This document shows, piece by piece, positions 1 through 13,000 of a DNA stretch of 64,000 bases. This DNA comes from Thelocarpon superellum (Eukaryota). The notes below the pieces were generated by a model. That model was given only the letters and a program-made list of their open reading frames with translations, had not been told where the DNA came from and did not search any database. The stretch is taken from the NCBI GenBank assembly GCA_026025795.1, contig JAPEUG010000021.1, positions 1 to 64,000 of the forward strand. Reading direction: 5' to 3'. Numbering within the stretch: the first letter of the stretch is position 1; every line of letters begins with the position of its first letter. The position numbers and the translations under genes were made by a program.

Positions 1-1064
1 ATCTGCCTAAGGCGTGTGTCTCACAAGGGCATGCTAGCCTGGGTTGTGATGCTCTTAGCTGTGACATGTGGCAGGATATGGGCCTGTAGGACTGGCATTG
101 GCTATTCTTGTTTGCTGTATACTGGGTCTGCCATATGTCGCGCCACTGTAGTGAGTCGAAGTCTGGCTCGCTGTGAGGCCGGGAGCTCCACGCCTCGCTG
201 TGAGGATAGGAGCGGTCATGTGATAGTAATGTGATACAGCACGTGACCTGGCCTGCTGTATCTATGTTGAGTCCCGTTGCGAGGTAGCAGAGCCCCAGCG
301 TTCAACTCGAGTAATACGACGAGGCCAGCAATAGGTCCATGAGCCCTAAGGAGCCACAGAGTCAACTCCATTGATGATGTCTACTGTTTCCGCCTAGCTG
401 TAAGCCTCGTCGTCACAGAGTATTGTTGATAGTCTGCTCTGCCACCCCCCCAACATAACCACACGATAAGACGTATTCCCCACCCATCCCTTCATACACA
501 ACTTGAGTGGCTAGCTAATAAGCAGTAATACTTGATGATGATGCAACAACGCCGAGACGACCATGCCCTCTATTCTAGTCTATGCTGTACTGAACCACGT
601 GGACTGACTACACACTTGAATATTCAGTCACGTCAGATATGCTCCCCGCTCCCTTCCCTCATTCCTTTTCCTTCGTCCCTTCCTCTTTTCGTCGCTTCAT
701 TGTTGTTGTATGCTCCCGCCCGCCCTGCCCTTGACGACGACGACGACAGTGATGATGCTAGTTAACGCGGTCCTTTCAGATGAGTACAATGCAGAGACCA
801 AAAGGAAAGGACGTATGCATAGGGATAAAGACCACCAGGAGGACATGACATGGCATGGCAGGGGACAAGAAGAAAAGAAGAAGCATGACAATATTTACAT
901 GCGTGGCGGAATAACCTCGAGGCATATGCAGTGCAGTGCAGTGCCGTGCAATGCAATGGGACGTAGGCAATGTGTATAACGCTGCGTCGTCTCTGAGCCA
1001 GCCACACCTCCTCTCGTCTCTTCTCATCGCACTAGCGGTACGGGCGCGTAGGTAGGCAAGGCCG

Positions 1065-3025
1065 TCACTGACCCTGAGCACCGTCGTTACACACCGTCGA
1101 CAGCGGGTTGGCATCCGTGAGATAGCTACCCATGTACCCCGCCGGCACCGTGACTGAGTAGATTGCGTCTTCGGCATGCGAACAAGAGTTGACGGCAAAG
1201 CTCTCCTGGACCGGACAATCGGAGAACTCGCACGTGGTCGAGAGACCGCAGTGCAGGTCCCATGTGCACATCTGCAGCGTCGAGATGCAGTCGAAGCTCA
1301 GCCCGCCCTGGTTGCTCAGCGTCGGGGATTTCTGATAGCCCGACGAGCCCTTGCATTTGCTGGCCCCGCCGAAGAGGAGAGGGCCCGTCGTCCAGGCGTT
1401 GCTGAACATCGTCTGCAGGTCGGAGTAGGGATTGCGTGACGCATCTTCTAGCGAGTCGAGCGTGTAGGTGATGTGGTTGCTCTCGTCGTACCACCATGCG
1501 TTGCACGTGTTGTACTGGTCGTATGCGGCGCAATGAATGTCGTAGGAGAGAGTGCTGCTGGAGTTGGCCTGAAGTTGTTGCACGTTGGTGTCGAGCGCCC
1601 GCGCGCCGATGATGTTGTTGGCCGCGTAGGCTTGCGAGATCACGTACGTGTTCAAGCCTTGGTAGAGGTGGCCCGTGGTGATTTCCAGCGACGGTCGGCC
1701 AGAGGAAAAGAGCCCCGTCTCGGCCCAGGCCATGAAAACCGTCGCGTTAGAGTTGATGACGCCAATGGTGCTGCTGACGGTCCCTTGGAATTGGTTGACT
1801 AACTGCGCCAGCTGGTTGCTGATCTCGTAGATCTGCACCGTCGCCGGGTCCACGTTCTGCACCGGGAAAAAGTATTTCAGCATCGCCGGCGCTTGTTGTA
1901 CCGCTGTCAACATCGTGTCCGCCACCAGCGCCCGCATACCCACCAGCGCAAACGCCGCGGGGATGTCGAGGAGTGCCAGGCTGTAGGTCAAGGCCGTGAA
2001 GATGCCTTGGATCTCCAGATTCTTCGTCTTCGGGGGCGCAATCATGTTGACGATCGCCTGCAGCGCCTCGGACGCCAACCCGTTGGCCGCCACCAGGGCG
2101 AGCCAGTAGGAGTTGAAGAATTGATGCACGCCTGCTCGAGTCAGCCGAAGTCTTGCCGGACCCCCCACCCAGACTCACCGTAGATAGTGTAGATCACGTA
2201 AAAGGTCTGCGGGTCATAGTTGAAGGGCGGTGTGCTGCACGAGTCCGTGTCGATCTGATTGCAGTCCCATCCCACCAGATCATGCGCGTCGAGGAAGCAT
2301 GTCGCGAATGGTTGGTCCGCCTTGCACTCATGCTCCCGCACCCATCGCTTGACGAAGCTCGTCAGGTTCAACACCTTCCAGCATTCCGAATCCAGCCCGT
2401 CCCTCTTCGGATCCATGCAATCGATGCCTCCGCTGGTCAACGCCACCTTCGGAAGCTCAGACGGGTCCGAGTACGAAGAGTCGGTGCCGCTTCCGTTCAC
2501 CATGATCGACCCATTTCCCGGCTGATTGGGAAGTATCTCGACCGTCGCATTCGTCACGTTCATTGGCGCCGACCCCGGGTTGGACGAGATAATTTCATAG
2601 GACGCGGGCAGCCCCGCCGCAACCGAAGCGCTGGACGCGTTGGATGCTCCGGCTGGCTGGGTCGGAGCGGCCGCCACTGGCGCTGGGCCGTTGACCGGCG
2701 AGGGCGGCGGCGTCGACTCGGTCGGCAGGCAGAAACAAGCACTCCAGATCTTGTCGGGCGAGTATGTTTGGATAAAAGAGGGAACGGCCACTGGTTTGTT
2801 CCCGAGCATGTCGTCACAGTATGACTGCGCCTCGGTTGTCTGATTGTCCATCGTCTGCAACAGCTCGTCGAGGATGCAGCCAGCCGGAACGGCGGCGCGT
2901 CGAACCACCTCGGACCCTGCGGGCCGCGACGCGGGCGACGCGGGCGACGGCACCAATGGCACGGCACGACATAGTGGGAGTAGGAGAATGCCCACCAGAG
3001 GCCACAAGAGCCACGGTGTAGGCAT
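1065..3025 (-). CDS. Secreted Cys-rich protein of unknown function (2 exons; intron 2132-2178)
   Basis: ATG at 3025 gives signal peptide MPTPWLLWPLVGILLLPLCRA. A GTGAGT...GCTGAC...CAG intron joins ORFs 2141..3163 and 1065..2168 in frame (YTIYG|VHQFFNSYW). Many Cys and N-glycosylation sequons. Confidence 0.8.
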
Positions 3026-4872
3026 GGGGAGGAGGCGACGAGCGCAGGCGTGGAGCGGTGACGAACCCACCGAGCTCCGGAGCCCAGAGTCCGGTGACGG
3101 CGACGGAGAAGTAATAAGGCGGTCAGACAGCCACCCACACCCCCGCTCACGTCGCCGCCTCACTCACAGCCAACGCCCCGGCGGTCCGTGAAAGCCACGA
3201 TAGCGAGCACGTTGTGTCCGGGTCAGGGAACCGGGATGACCACGGACGGATGACACACATGCCCGATGCAGCATAGCGACGAGCGACGGGGGCCCGGACT
3301 TGGGTGAGAATGGTGGCCAGCCAGGCACCATTGTCCCAGGTCGGAGCGAAGGAAACAAGCTCCGCAGCGGGAGCCCGATCGACGCGAGAAGCGACGAGAT
3401 CCGGGCCGGAGGAGGATGGCGCACACGCGGGCACAGATCACCGTGGTCTTCTGTGGTCTAGCTCAGCCTGGTCCCGTGTGCGACTGATTCGTGCACAGGA
3501 GGGTGGATCAGGGAAGCCACGGCGCAGCGCCGGGCCCGTGACGCAACACCGCATGTGTTGGGGGCGTGCGCAGTCCGCGCACCGCCGTGGATTGTTGCCG
3601 GTGGACCATGCCTCGCCGACGGCTCGTCATCTCAGCGGAAGAAAGAGTGGCCGGGCCAGGATGTGTCAACCTCGAGCCTTCAGGAGGTCGAGCGCTGCGA
3701 TCGATGATTGGTGAACTTGATCCTTGTGGATGCAACGAAGACGGGAGACCTTACGCATGCCCCGTCGATTCGACGACCGATGATACCGGAGAACGGACAA
3801 GGTCCGTCACGTGCCAGGAGACGTCAGCTCCAGCCAATCAACAAGCTCCGTTGGCGCAGCCGCCGTGCCGATCAAGCGTCGCCGCAGCCAGAGTTTTGAC
3901 AGGCATCCGCCGTTTGTGGCGTTGCCGAAAGGAGGAGCTTGGATCGGTCCACGGACCACCTCACCTACATCCCACTGTCTAATGCCCACTGCCCACTACT
4001 CACCTCCCCCTGGCGACACAACCCGGGAAATTAGAGTTGCATCCTTCACATGAAAAGCCCGCGCCCCCCCTGTCGTATATCGCCCGTTGCCCGCTTTCCG
4101 TCGCCCGCTGCCCGTTGCTCGTTGCACTGGCAGGAGAAGGCCCCAGGTCCACTTTTCGATGAGGCAGTGTCATGGAGATGCTCCCCAACCTGATCACCCA
4201 ACCAGTCCCACCCAGCTCATCCACGCGATGCAGAAATGCACTATGCTAGCGCATGCTTGTAAGACAATCTCCGTTCAAGCGAAGAACATCAATGCCATCC
4301 ATGTGCGTCGTGCCTCCATCGCCGGCCACGGCCACGACAGAGACAACAACGTGGCCGGGTGGGTAAGCGGCCATGAGACGTGCCGTGTTCGTTCGCCCAT
4401 GCGGTCTCAGGACCCATGGGTCTGTGGCGGGTGTGCACGAGGTGCACAATACCACGCATCAATGGACCTTCGTGATGACGCCTTGGGCCGATCGTTGCAT
4501 CCTCCGCAGCCGCTGCGCCTATTTGTCTTTGTGCGTAGGTTAAGTCCACGATTGGCTTGGGCTGCGCAACGCTTGACCAGGTGACGAGGGGACGAGGTCG
4601 GACGACCTGACCTCCGTCAACAGGCACCGCGGCGTGGGTATCGTGGATATCGTGGGTGGGTTGGTGGGGGAGCACGCCTGGCGGACGTGGGTGAGGGCGT
4701 GGGCGTGGGGGGAATAAGCCTTTTCGGCATTCCTGCCAACACCCGACCGGCTGTGCTCTGTCCTCCGTCGTCCCCAACGCACGCGTGTTTCACCCACTGC
4801 CACTCTTATCGTGAATTCCGTGACACATCTAACGCTCGCCACCGCATTGATACGCCGCACTCGCCGACCAGT

Positions 4873-5826
4873 TCAAAAGGTCCGAAAAGGAATCGAGGAT
4901 TCGCGAGTCTTCATCCGCTTCTGGCGCCGCCAACGACCGATGACGAGCATCCAGATGCCGGCCGTAAGGATCTCCGCTATGGTTTGTAAGATGGAGATAT
5001 ACCACGAGCCCGACTACAGATGAAACAAATCGAGACACCCGTCAGCTTTATCGTCGCGCACCAGACCGGTGGATCGGTGCACCCATGCCGCGATGGAAGT
5101 GAGACACTCACCTGCACATGGCAAAAGGTAGGAAAGTGCACGACGTTGTTGAAAGGGGCCTGGATCGTGGCAGCGCTCTGCGAGCACGTCCAGCCCCAGA
5201 GGTCGTTGCTCACGCCATTCGTGTCTTTGCCGTAGCGGTACAGTGCCGCCGTCGTGCCCCAGACTGTGATATGGCCCCCCCACACCACGATGGTCGAGAG
5301 GGTCTCGGTCTTATTGGCCGCCGCCACGTCCCGCATGTAGGCGAATAGAACGGCCAGGTTGACAGCGGCCGAAAGGGCGGCGACGACGAGAAGCATCAGC
5401 GTGGGCCAGGTCTTCGTGTCGTGGGCCCAGGCCGTGCGGCCGTCGATGACGATGTCACGCGTCGAGAGGTACTTGTGGAGGGTCACGGCCATGCTGATCG
5501 TCAGTGCCGTCGAGACGACCAGGGCAAAGCTTCGGGCGAAGACGCGCAGCCGACGAATCAGTCGTTTGAGTTTCTATCGTAGCCAGGCACCCCAACGTGA
5601 GCCTTGCATCCCTGGTCTCCCGTCGCCCATCCGCTCGTCGCATCCCAAAGGGGCTCACCAGATCTCGAGCATCGCGCACCGCTCCTTTGCCCACGTGCGC
5701 GTCTCCGTCCAGATCAGGCAACTCGCGGTAGCCCTGCGCCGTGGGAACCGTCGGAAGCATACTGCTCATCATCCCCACTTTCGCCGGTACCGGCGCTCCT
5801 GGATGAGCGTAGGATCCCGCCGACAT
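4873..5826 (-). CDS. Four-TM fungal membrane protein, MARVEL-like (3 exons; introns 5574-5658, 5014-5111)
   Basis: Canonical introns join ...RDARDL|KLKRLIRRLRVFARSF...DLWGWTCS...FCHVQ|SGSWYISILQTIAEIL...RTF*. Four hydrophobic segments and a LWGWTC...C loop typical of this fungal family. Confidence 0.75.
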
Positions 5827-6962
5827 CGTGAAACTTCGGTCGGGGTCGAGCGGAGGGTGTTGGATGACTAGCAATCGCCCGATCACTCGTTCACTGGCGG
5901 AGGGGAGCTCATGCACACGCGGATACCCTCGCCCAATCGTTTCCACCCGCCCGCTATGTCACTGGAAGAACGCAACTGACGACTCTCACCTGCACACCAC
6001 AGACATGAAAAAGGCAGTTCCGCGGACACTGCTCCGTGCTCGATGGCATATATACTCTGCAGCCAAGCCACGAGAGGGCTGGGCGGGGCTGGGCGGTCGT
6101 GCCGGCTATCTCTACCCAACTCAGCAAGTGCTGACTTGCATGGCGCAGCCCGTCGGACGGTAAGTCGTTCTAGCACCGCCGCTGCTCGTACGTCCAGCCT
6201 CCGGCACTTGTGCACAACTCCACTCATGCCGAACGAGTACGAATACGAGTATGTTACTCGTAGGACTGCCGACTGCAGTGGTGCCGGGCATTGGTGCGGG
6301 GAGACCATTGGTCCCAGGCCTGGAGCGAATCTTGAACGGCCGTAGCTTCGTAGTCGTGATTGGTTCGACGAATAGCCGTGGCAATGACTCGGCATGGCTC
6401 CTCTGAAGCTCCCGGTCGGGTGGCTTGCCGGTGGCACTCGGTTGAAAGTCTGACCGCGCGTCGTTCCTCAGCCCTATGGCATCCTGCACTGTTGACCATC
6501 CCTCATCATGCGCCTCTATGGCTTTGATGTGCCCCCCCACTGCGCTTGGGATTTGATGGACCAGCGTCGCTTTCCGTCCGCCGCGACCCATGCGAGCACC
6601 ATGTCAACTTACGGCCTGTGATGCGGAGTACGTCACGCGTCTGGTGACCTGACCGATCCTCTCAAAGGCTCTCTGAAGGCTTCCCGCAAGCGATGTGCAA
6701 ACTACAGGGAGTCTAAACTAAGCCGGAGGCGATACCGAACATCGTCGAACATGCTAGTGCCAGACAAAAGCAACTCTCGCGTCGCTAACGAACGTTATAG
6801 GACGAGGAGAGAGACGGACAGGGAGAACAAATTAAGCACGCACATCCGCCCACGTGCCCCTCTGAGCCGTGCTTCTCTCAAGTGCTTCTCGCAACCCAGC
6901 ATCCTGAAGCAATCCTCATCGCGCATACCCTTCACGCCGCGAGCTCTCCACCACGTCTGTAT

Positions 6963-9241
6963 TTACCACAGACTCAGTATGCCTAACAACACACCCATGC
7001 CTACCGCCGATGAGACCAATGGTTCTGTCCCGCGATGTCCCGTGCTGTAGTAGGCCGTGTTGAAGGGAGAGGATCCAGTTCCGTTGAGGCCGGTACCGGT
7101 ACTATTCCCGCCAAACCCACCCATCTCTGTCGGCGTCGATTGAGTGTTCCGACTGCCCAAGCCGCTCGACACACCACTGCTGTCGCCAGCCGCCGGCGTT
7201 GGCACACCCTCATTGACGTCACTGATGCCGCTCGACGGACAATTGGTCATCTCCATCTCACTCCCGCTCGCACTCGAGCCTGTACCAGTGATGAACGGCG
7301 GTGGAAGCAAGTCTGTGACCGTGCTGGCCGACAGTCCCGCAGTTGCGGTCGACGAAAGGACGCCTGACATTGGGGCTGCAGCAGGAGCCGTGCTCATGTC
7401 TTTCAGCGGAAGCAACGTGCTAGACCCATCCTTATCCTTATCTTTATCGTCGCTCAAAAAGGTGTAGACTGGCGCAGGAGGAAAGAGGGAGGTCGGGACG
7501 CCCGATGCCGTGTAGGTGATCGACGGGCTGACGTCTTTCGTCGTCGACGACGTGGTCGAAGCCCAACCGACACTCTCCCATGACAGCGGGATACCGTAGT
7601 ATCCACCGCCATATGCGTAGGCAACAATGTCGGCATTAAACACAGGCATCGATGGCGCCGGTGGCGTCTGGAGCGTGATCGTCACACCGACACCTGACTG
7701 GCCAAGGTGGATCAGCGAAAAGATATCCGCCTCGGGCGTCCCCGCGGGACCAAAGGCAACGCTTGTCTGGCTCGTAGCCACGACAGTGGGTACGGAAGCC
7801 GGGCTCCAGGGGGTCATCATCGAGCATCCCAGGCCCAGGAGCCCCGATGAGGGGCAGGGCAAGATCGTGTGCGTCGTCTTGTCGTTCGCCGCAGGGGTGG
7901 CGGCGAGCTGGGGCACCAACGACAGCAAGAGGATGTCCAAGGTGGGACTAAGAGGAGAGGAGCCGTTCAGGTAGAGCGAGACCAGTGTGGCATACAGCGA
8001 ATCCGACGCATCTGGTTGAGGGAGAAAGTCGAGGTAAGGGTTTCCTGTCAACGATTGACTTGACGACGTTGTCGGCGCGTTGACCACGGACGTGTGCTGT
8101 TGACCGTCCAGGAGCATCGAAAGCGTCCCATACTCCGACGTCGGCGATGGAATGGTCAGTAAGGAGGGTGCGGCAACGGTGCCAAAAGTATTGATCGAGG
8201 GCAAGGACGTCCCCGCACTCCCAAGCGTAGGTAAACTCAGGAGACCCGTTGGGGTAAGATTCGGAGCGGACGAATTCGAGACCCCTGCCGTGACGGACGC
8301 AATGATGCCGGTCAGGGAAGGTCCCGTTCCGACCGATCCGGATGAAGTCACGGGTGATGGTTTGTCGTTGGTGGGGCTCGATGGTGGGGCACTCAGTGAT
8401 CCGAGAGCACTGGATAATGTCATCGATTGCCGGAGGTCGTTGGCCGGTAACGAGGCGCTCGACGCAACGCTAGCTGCACTGGACTCCAGACTGCTTGGTG
8501 GTGTCGGAAAGCCTTCGTCCACAGGAGTGGATGTAGTGGATACGGCGGGCGAAAGAACGGACGACGCGATTGGGGAGGTAGCGGCGGAGAGGGGAGACGG
8601 GGTCGCGTACCCTCCACTCATGATGGAGCTCGCTGCGGAAGAGGCCTTGACAGGGATCGGATTACTAGACATGGCGGGAGAGGCGGTTGGATTGAAGTTC
8701 GCAAAGGAAGGCAAGACGTTCGGAGAGATTAAGGAAGTTCCACTGCTCTGGTCCGCGGCAGGACCGGAGCTGGTGGAAAGGGTTGCGAGCGAGGTCGATT
8801 GGTTCGTGGTTTGGTACAACACATTGCTCGAAGAGATGGCTGTAGTCGGACATGACGTGGTCAAGGACGATGCCCTCGACGTGGCCGTACCGAATGTGCT
8901 CAGGTTGCCAATCTCATCGCCCTTCTCATCTGCAATGTTTGTCAGCATTGTCGTCACACAGATCCGAGGTGATAGAGTGGGGCCGCTATCATGGCATGTA
9001 GAGGGAGGGTGTATATTTGGTGGACATATGGAAGAGATGTGGACCGTAGGATCCTGACCACGGCCAAGAAGAGGCGCTCACCAAAAGTGCGCTCATGTAG
9101 ATTAGACACTACGCATACCACAGCTGTCAGACAGAAATCTTAGAGAAGCTGGAGTCTCAAGGAGCTACCTTCGGGACGAGTGACGGCTAGAACGAGTGGG
9201 AGAAGCTGTGCAGCGACGAGGCCGGCGCGTCTCCAACGCAT
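6963..9241 (-). CDS. Ser/Thr/Pro-rich secreted, probably GPI-anchored cell-surface protein (introns 9109-9168, 8930-9081; 27-nt exon 9082-9108)
   Basis: Signal peptide MRWRRAGLVAAQLLPLVLA splices in frame through VSNLHERTF to the 664-aa S/T-rich ORF, which ends in the hydrophobic tail LVSSAVGMGVLLGILSLW. Confidence 0.75.
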
Positions 9242-10034
9242 CTTGATGGAACGGGGGAGAGAATAGCGACGATGGTGTGTAAAAGATGAGGTGTGTGATT
9301 GAGAGGTCCGAGGAACGAGCGTCAGCTCCGAGAAAAGGATGAACCAAAGGAATGTGTTGCGGTCTCGATAATCCAGGGCAAACGAGGACGGCACAGGGAA
9401 GGTCAGAGGGAAAGAAGACGAATAGCAGGAGGGGAGCCGACAAAGATGATGAGGCTGGTGATGGTGTAGTAGAAGTGGGAGGGAAAAGGAGAACCGTGCT
9501 GGGGAACGCAGTAAGACGGCGATAGGAAGAATCTCTGCCGTGGGACGTTTATTCGTCGGGTAAATGGGAAATCCGGTTTGGCTGAAGCTCAGTAGACGGT
9601 CAAGTCTCACATCACCACGAGCACCCAACGAGCCATACGCACAAGCTCTAGCACGCACACCCGAATGTACACGCTTGTACTCACGCTTTTCTTGTATCGC
9701 CCGACGGGCTGGGCACGCACCTCGTCAGCAACTCATGAGGGCAGCTTTTGGGGTCTCACTCGCACAGAGCTGGACAGGTTGCATAGTGAGTAGTGAGCGC
9801 GGCAGATGCCTTAGGAGATCAATCGCACGGGCAGAGGACTGAAGAAATGGACCAAGGACAAGGCTGAGGTAAGTCTTCTGGACCGTTGCGAAGCAGACGC
9901 AAACCCCGCGCGAAAGGGTATTTTGCTGAAAGGAAGATGCCAATGCCGATGCCGATGCCGCTGCCTTCGCCAACCTGTGCACCTAGAAATACAGAAGATG
10001 TCCCATGATTACCAACCATAAACCTACAGCCGCG

Positions 10035-13000
10035 TCACTTCTCACCCTGATGTACCACCACCGGACATCCATTGCCGATCTGGGCGCGGATCAGGCGGGC
10101 GTGCGTCACCTTGGCCCCAACGCTGCGCCGGGTAGAATCGCCGTCGTCTCTACTCGCCACGTTGAGGGTGTCGACAGAGTCCGTCCGGTTCGGACGAGAT
10201 CGCAGAAGGCAGCTGAGATGGAAGATATGGCCGCAGGCGAAGCCGACCAGAGTCTCGTTATCGATGGGTCCTGATCCCCACGATTAGCGACCGAGGCCTG
10301 ACACGGATACACGGAGCGGGTTGTGGTACCGTCTCGAGCAAAGGACTCGCCACAGCCCTGGCAATCGCCAGAGCCGGCGCCTTTTGACATCTCCCCTGGA
10401 CCACGGCCCATCCCCCCAGTCGGCCGCTGTTCACCATCGACTGTGCCAGCTTGGCCACGGGCATCGTCCACCCCCCCTACGTCGAACTTGATCCCTTGCT
10501 TCTGCCCCGTTCGTAGGGTGGCCATGCTGCTAGCCACCTCGCCACGAAGCACCCGGGCCACGCCTTCGCTGATGCTAAATTGAATCTCGTACTCCTTGAT
10601 CATGCGGCTGAGGCCGTCGCGCAGGCCTTCGATCTCGAGCCCCTTTGGGATGCGGCGCACCAGCGTAATCGGATCGATGGCGGTGCCAACTTCTTCCAAC
10701 AAGCCGCGGATGAAGCGAGGCTTGTCCATGGAATACTCAAGTAAATCATTCCACAGGTCGGGGTCCGCCTGTGACTTGGCAAACGAGATGGCTTGCGACA
10801 CATCACCGAGCCGGTCGATGATCAGGAAGAGGGCGCGTCGCGTCTGGCCCGTCTTCGAGAGGAGATAGACGAGCTCGGGCACGTAGGTGTGACGCTCGCA
10901 TACCGCATAGGCTCGCTCGAACTCGTAAGATTCGGAGGCCTTGAGAAACTCCATGAGCAGTGGCCGATCGTATTCCGCAAAGAGCTCCACTGCAAGATCG
11001 CCAAAGTCTTCAACGAGCAGTCGTCCCTCGAGCTCCAGTCGTTCCACCTGAGGCGTATCGTGCACGTTCCCCAGGCCACTCCACAGAGCGCGCAGATAAA
11101 AGAAGAGGAAGCGCGCGTACTTTGTCCCCTGTAGCTGGCGGACGACCGCTTCAGGCCTGATGAGGCCGTGATGGGCTTCGTCCACCAGCAAGCCGATGGC
11201 TTCGGCCGTGGCCTCTGCCAGCTCGAGCTGCGATGCCGTCTCGAGTTGGTCCTTGGCGACGCGCAGGAGAATTAGCCGTGGGATGTCGTCCGCCACCGCG
11301 TCCACGAGGTGATAGTCCCTGATCAGCGTCATGGCCGTGTCTGCATCCTGCAGTCGCAGATATGATCGCAACGCGTCGCGTGGTCGACCATCGGCGAGCA
11401 GCAGCTTGGCCAGACTCTCCAGTAAAATACGCCAGTCCCGGCCCATCTCCCCTACTTCTTCCGTATCTTCACGCACCTCCTCCGTTCTGAGCTTCTCTTG
11501 AATCGCCGTTGCCACGCTGTTCACATCGTAGAGTTCCGGCGGCCATCGGTCCAGCAACTCTTTTAATCGCGGTCGGTCGCGGGTGATGTACGAGCCCAAG
11601 AGTACTTCGTACACGACCGACGGTAACGGAGGACGGAGTTCCTTGGTCGGGATGTACGGGGTGATTTCGTCAATCTTCTTGGCTCGCACAAATTCCCATG
11701 CCCAGTGTTCCCATCGGGTCGACGTCGAGAGCACCTGGCCACAGGTGGCGCCAGCGCGAGACCAGTCGCCCGAGGTGACCAGCTGCTGGATCCATCGCTC
11801 GCCAACCCGTCGCTTCTCTTTCTCCGCTGCCGAATTGGCCAGTCGAGTGGCCGACGCCGTGGTTGACGAGACGTCATCGGCGAAGAACTCTTCACTACTT
11901 GTGCGTCGTTTCGTCGGCGTCGCGGGAGGCGTCCCGCTTAGCGCCGTGGAGGTGTGAGACGAGACGACCTCAGGATGTTCGTCGATGAGGTTCCACGACT
12001 CTTCGTATCGTTCCTTGCTCAAGAGCCACTCCAAGTGATCGGATAGGTCACGCTTCGTCGCCAGGACGCAATCGTACGGACTGTGGATGTAGATCTTCAT
12101 CCCGGCACCAGCCGCGGCCGAATGCGCGTCTTTGGCTCGGCCGTTGATGGATGCGCCCTTGCTGGCGTCTGCCGAGCTGGCCTTGCCTGATGTTCGAGTG
12201 ACGCCGCTATCGCTCTTTGCGTCACTCCCGTGCGTACTTGCCGCCGACGTGAAGAGTTTCGTGGCGGTCAGGCCGGCGGTCCAGAGACCGTCACCGATTC
12301 CTTCCAAGGCGCCCCGCGTGGTCGTCTTGGCGTTAGTCGTGCTATCGCCAACGATACCGAGGTGGTAGTCGGCCGCTGAAAGACTCTCAAAGCGGCTTAC
12401 ACTGAGGGCGTCGGCGCTGACCTCTTCCGACGTGCCCAGATCGATTAACCGTAATTCGGGTGACGAGGCGTTCTGGCGGTGTTGGATGCCTCGCTTTGGC
12501 GTATCTGCCGCGGTGACGTGACCGGCTCCCCCGCCCTCGTCTTCGTCGGGGACAGTATAGGCGAGTACGACCAGTAGGGTTGGGGTGTACAAGGACAAGC
12601 CTGCGACGATGCAGTCGGTTAGGAGTCTGGCATGGAGCGCGTCAGTCGCCGCTCGAGCACCTGGACACGCACACGTACATTGAGACGATCTCTACCCTTC
12701 CAGGATTACGCTCGCCCACCTCCTTCCCCACGCCTGGGCCACCGTGATGCACATGGATGATCCAGACCGTCCCGCCCCAGCCCACAATGAGCTTCTCCAT
12801 CTTCTTGACCTTCCCAAGGTTTCCCGATGCCGGTCGGGAGGCGGTGCCATTGACGCCCACGTGGGCCACGTCAGCCGCATTGCGGACGGTGGCAGTCGGG
12901 GTGACGTCCGATTCGAGATCGAGCTCGTCGATCCACTCCGCACGGGCCTTCCAGACGCTGCTCATCTCATCCCAATCCGGCTTGTCGGGCCGATCGATAT

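Noticed and set aside
9735..10010. Plus-strand mini-gene suggested by GAG|GTAAGT at about 9869
   Set aside because: No consistent spliced ORF with a good acceptor could be built.
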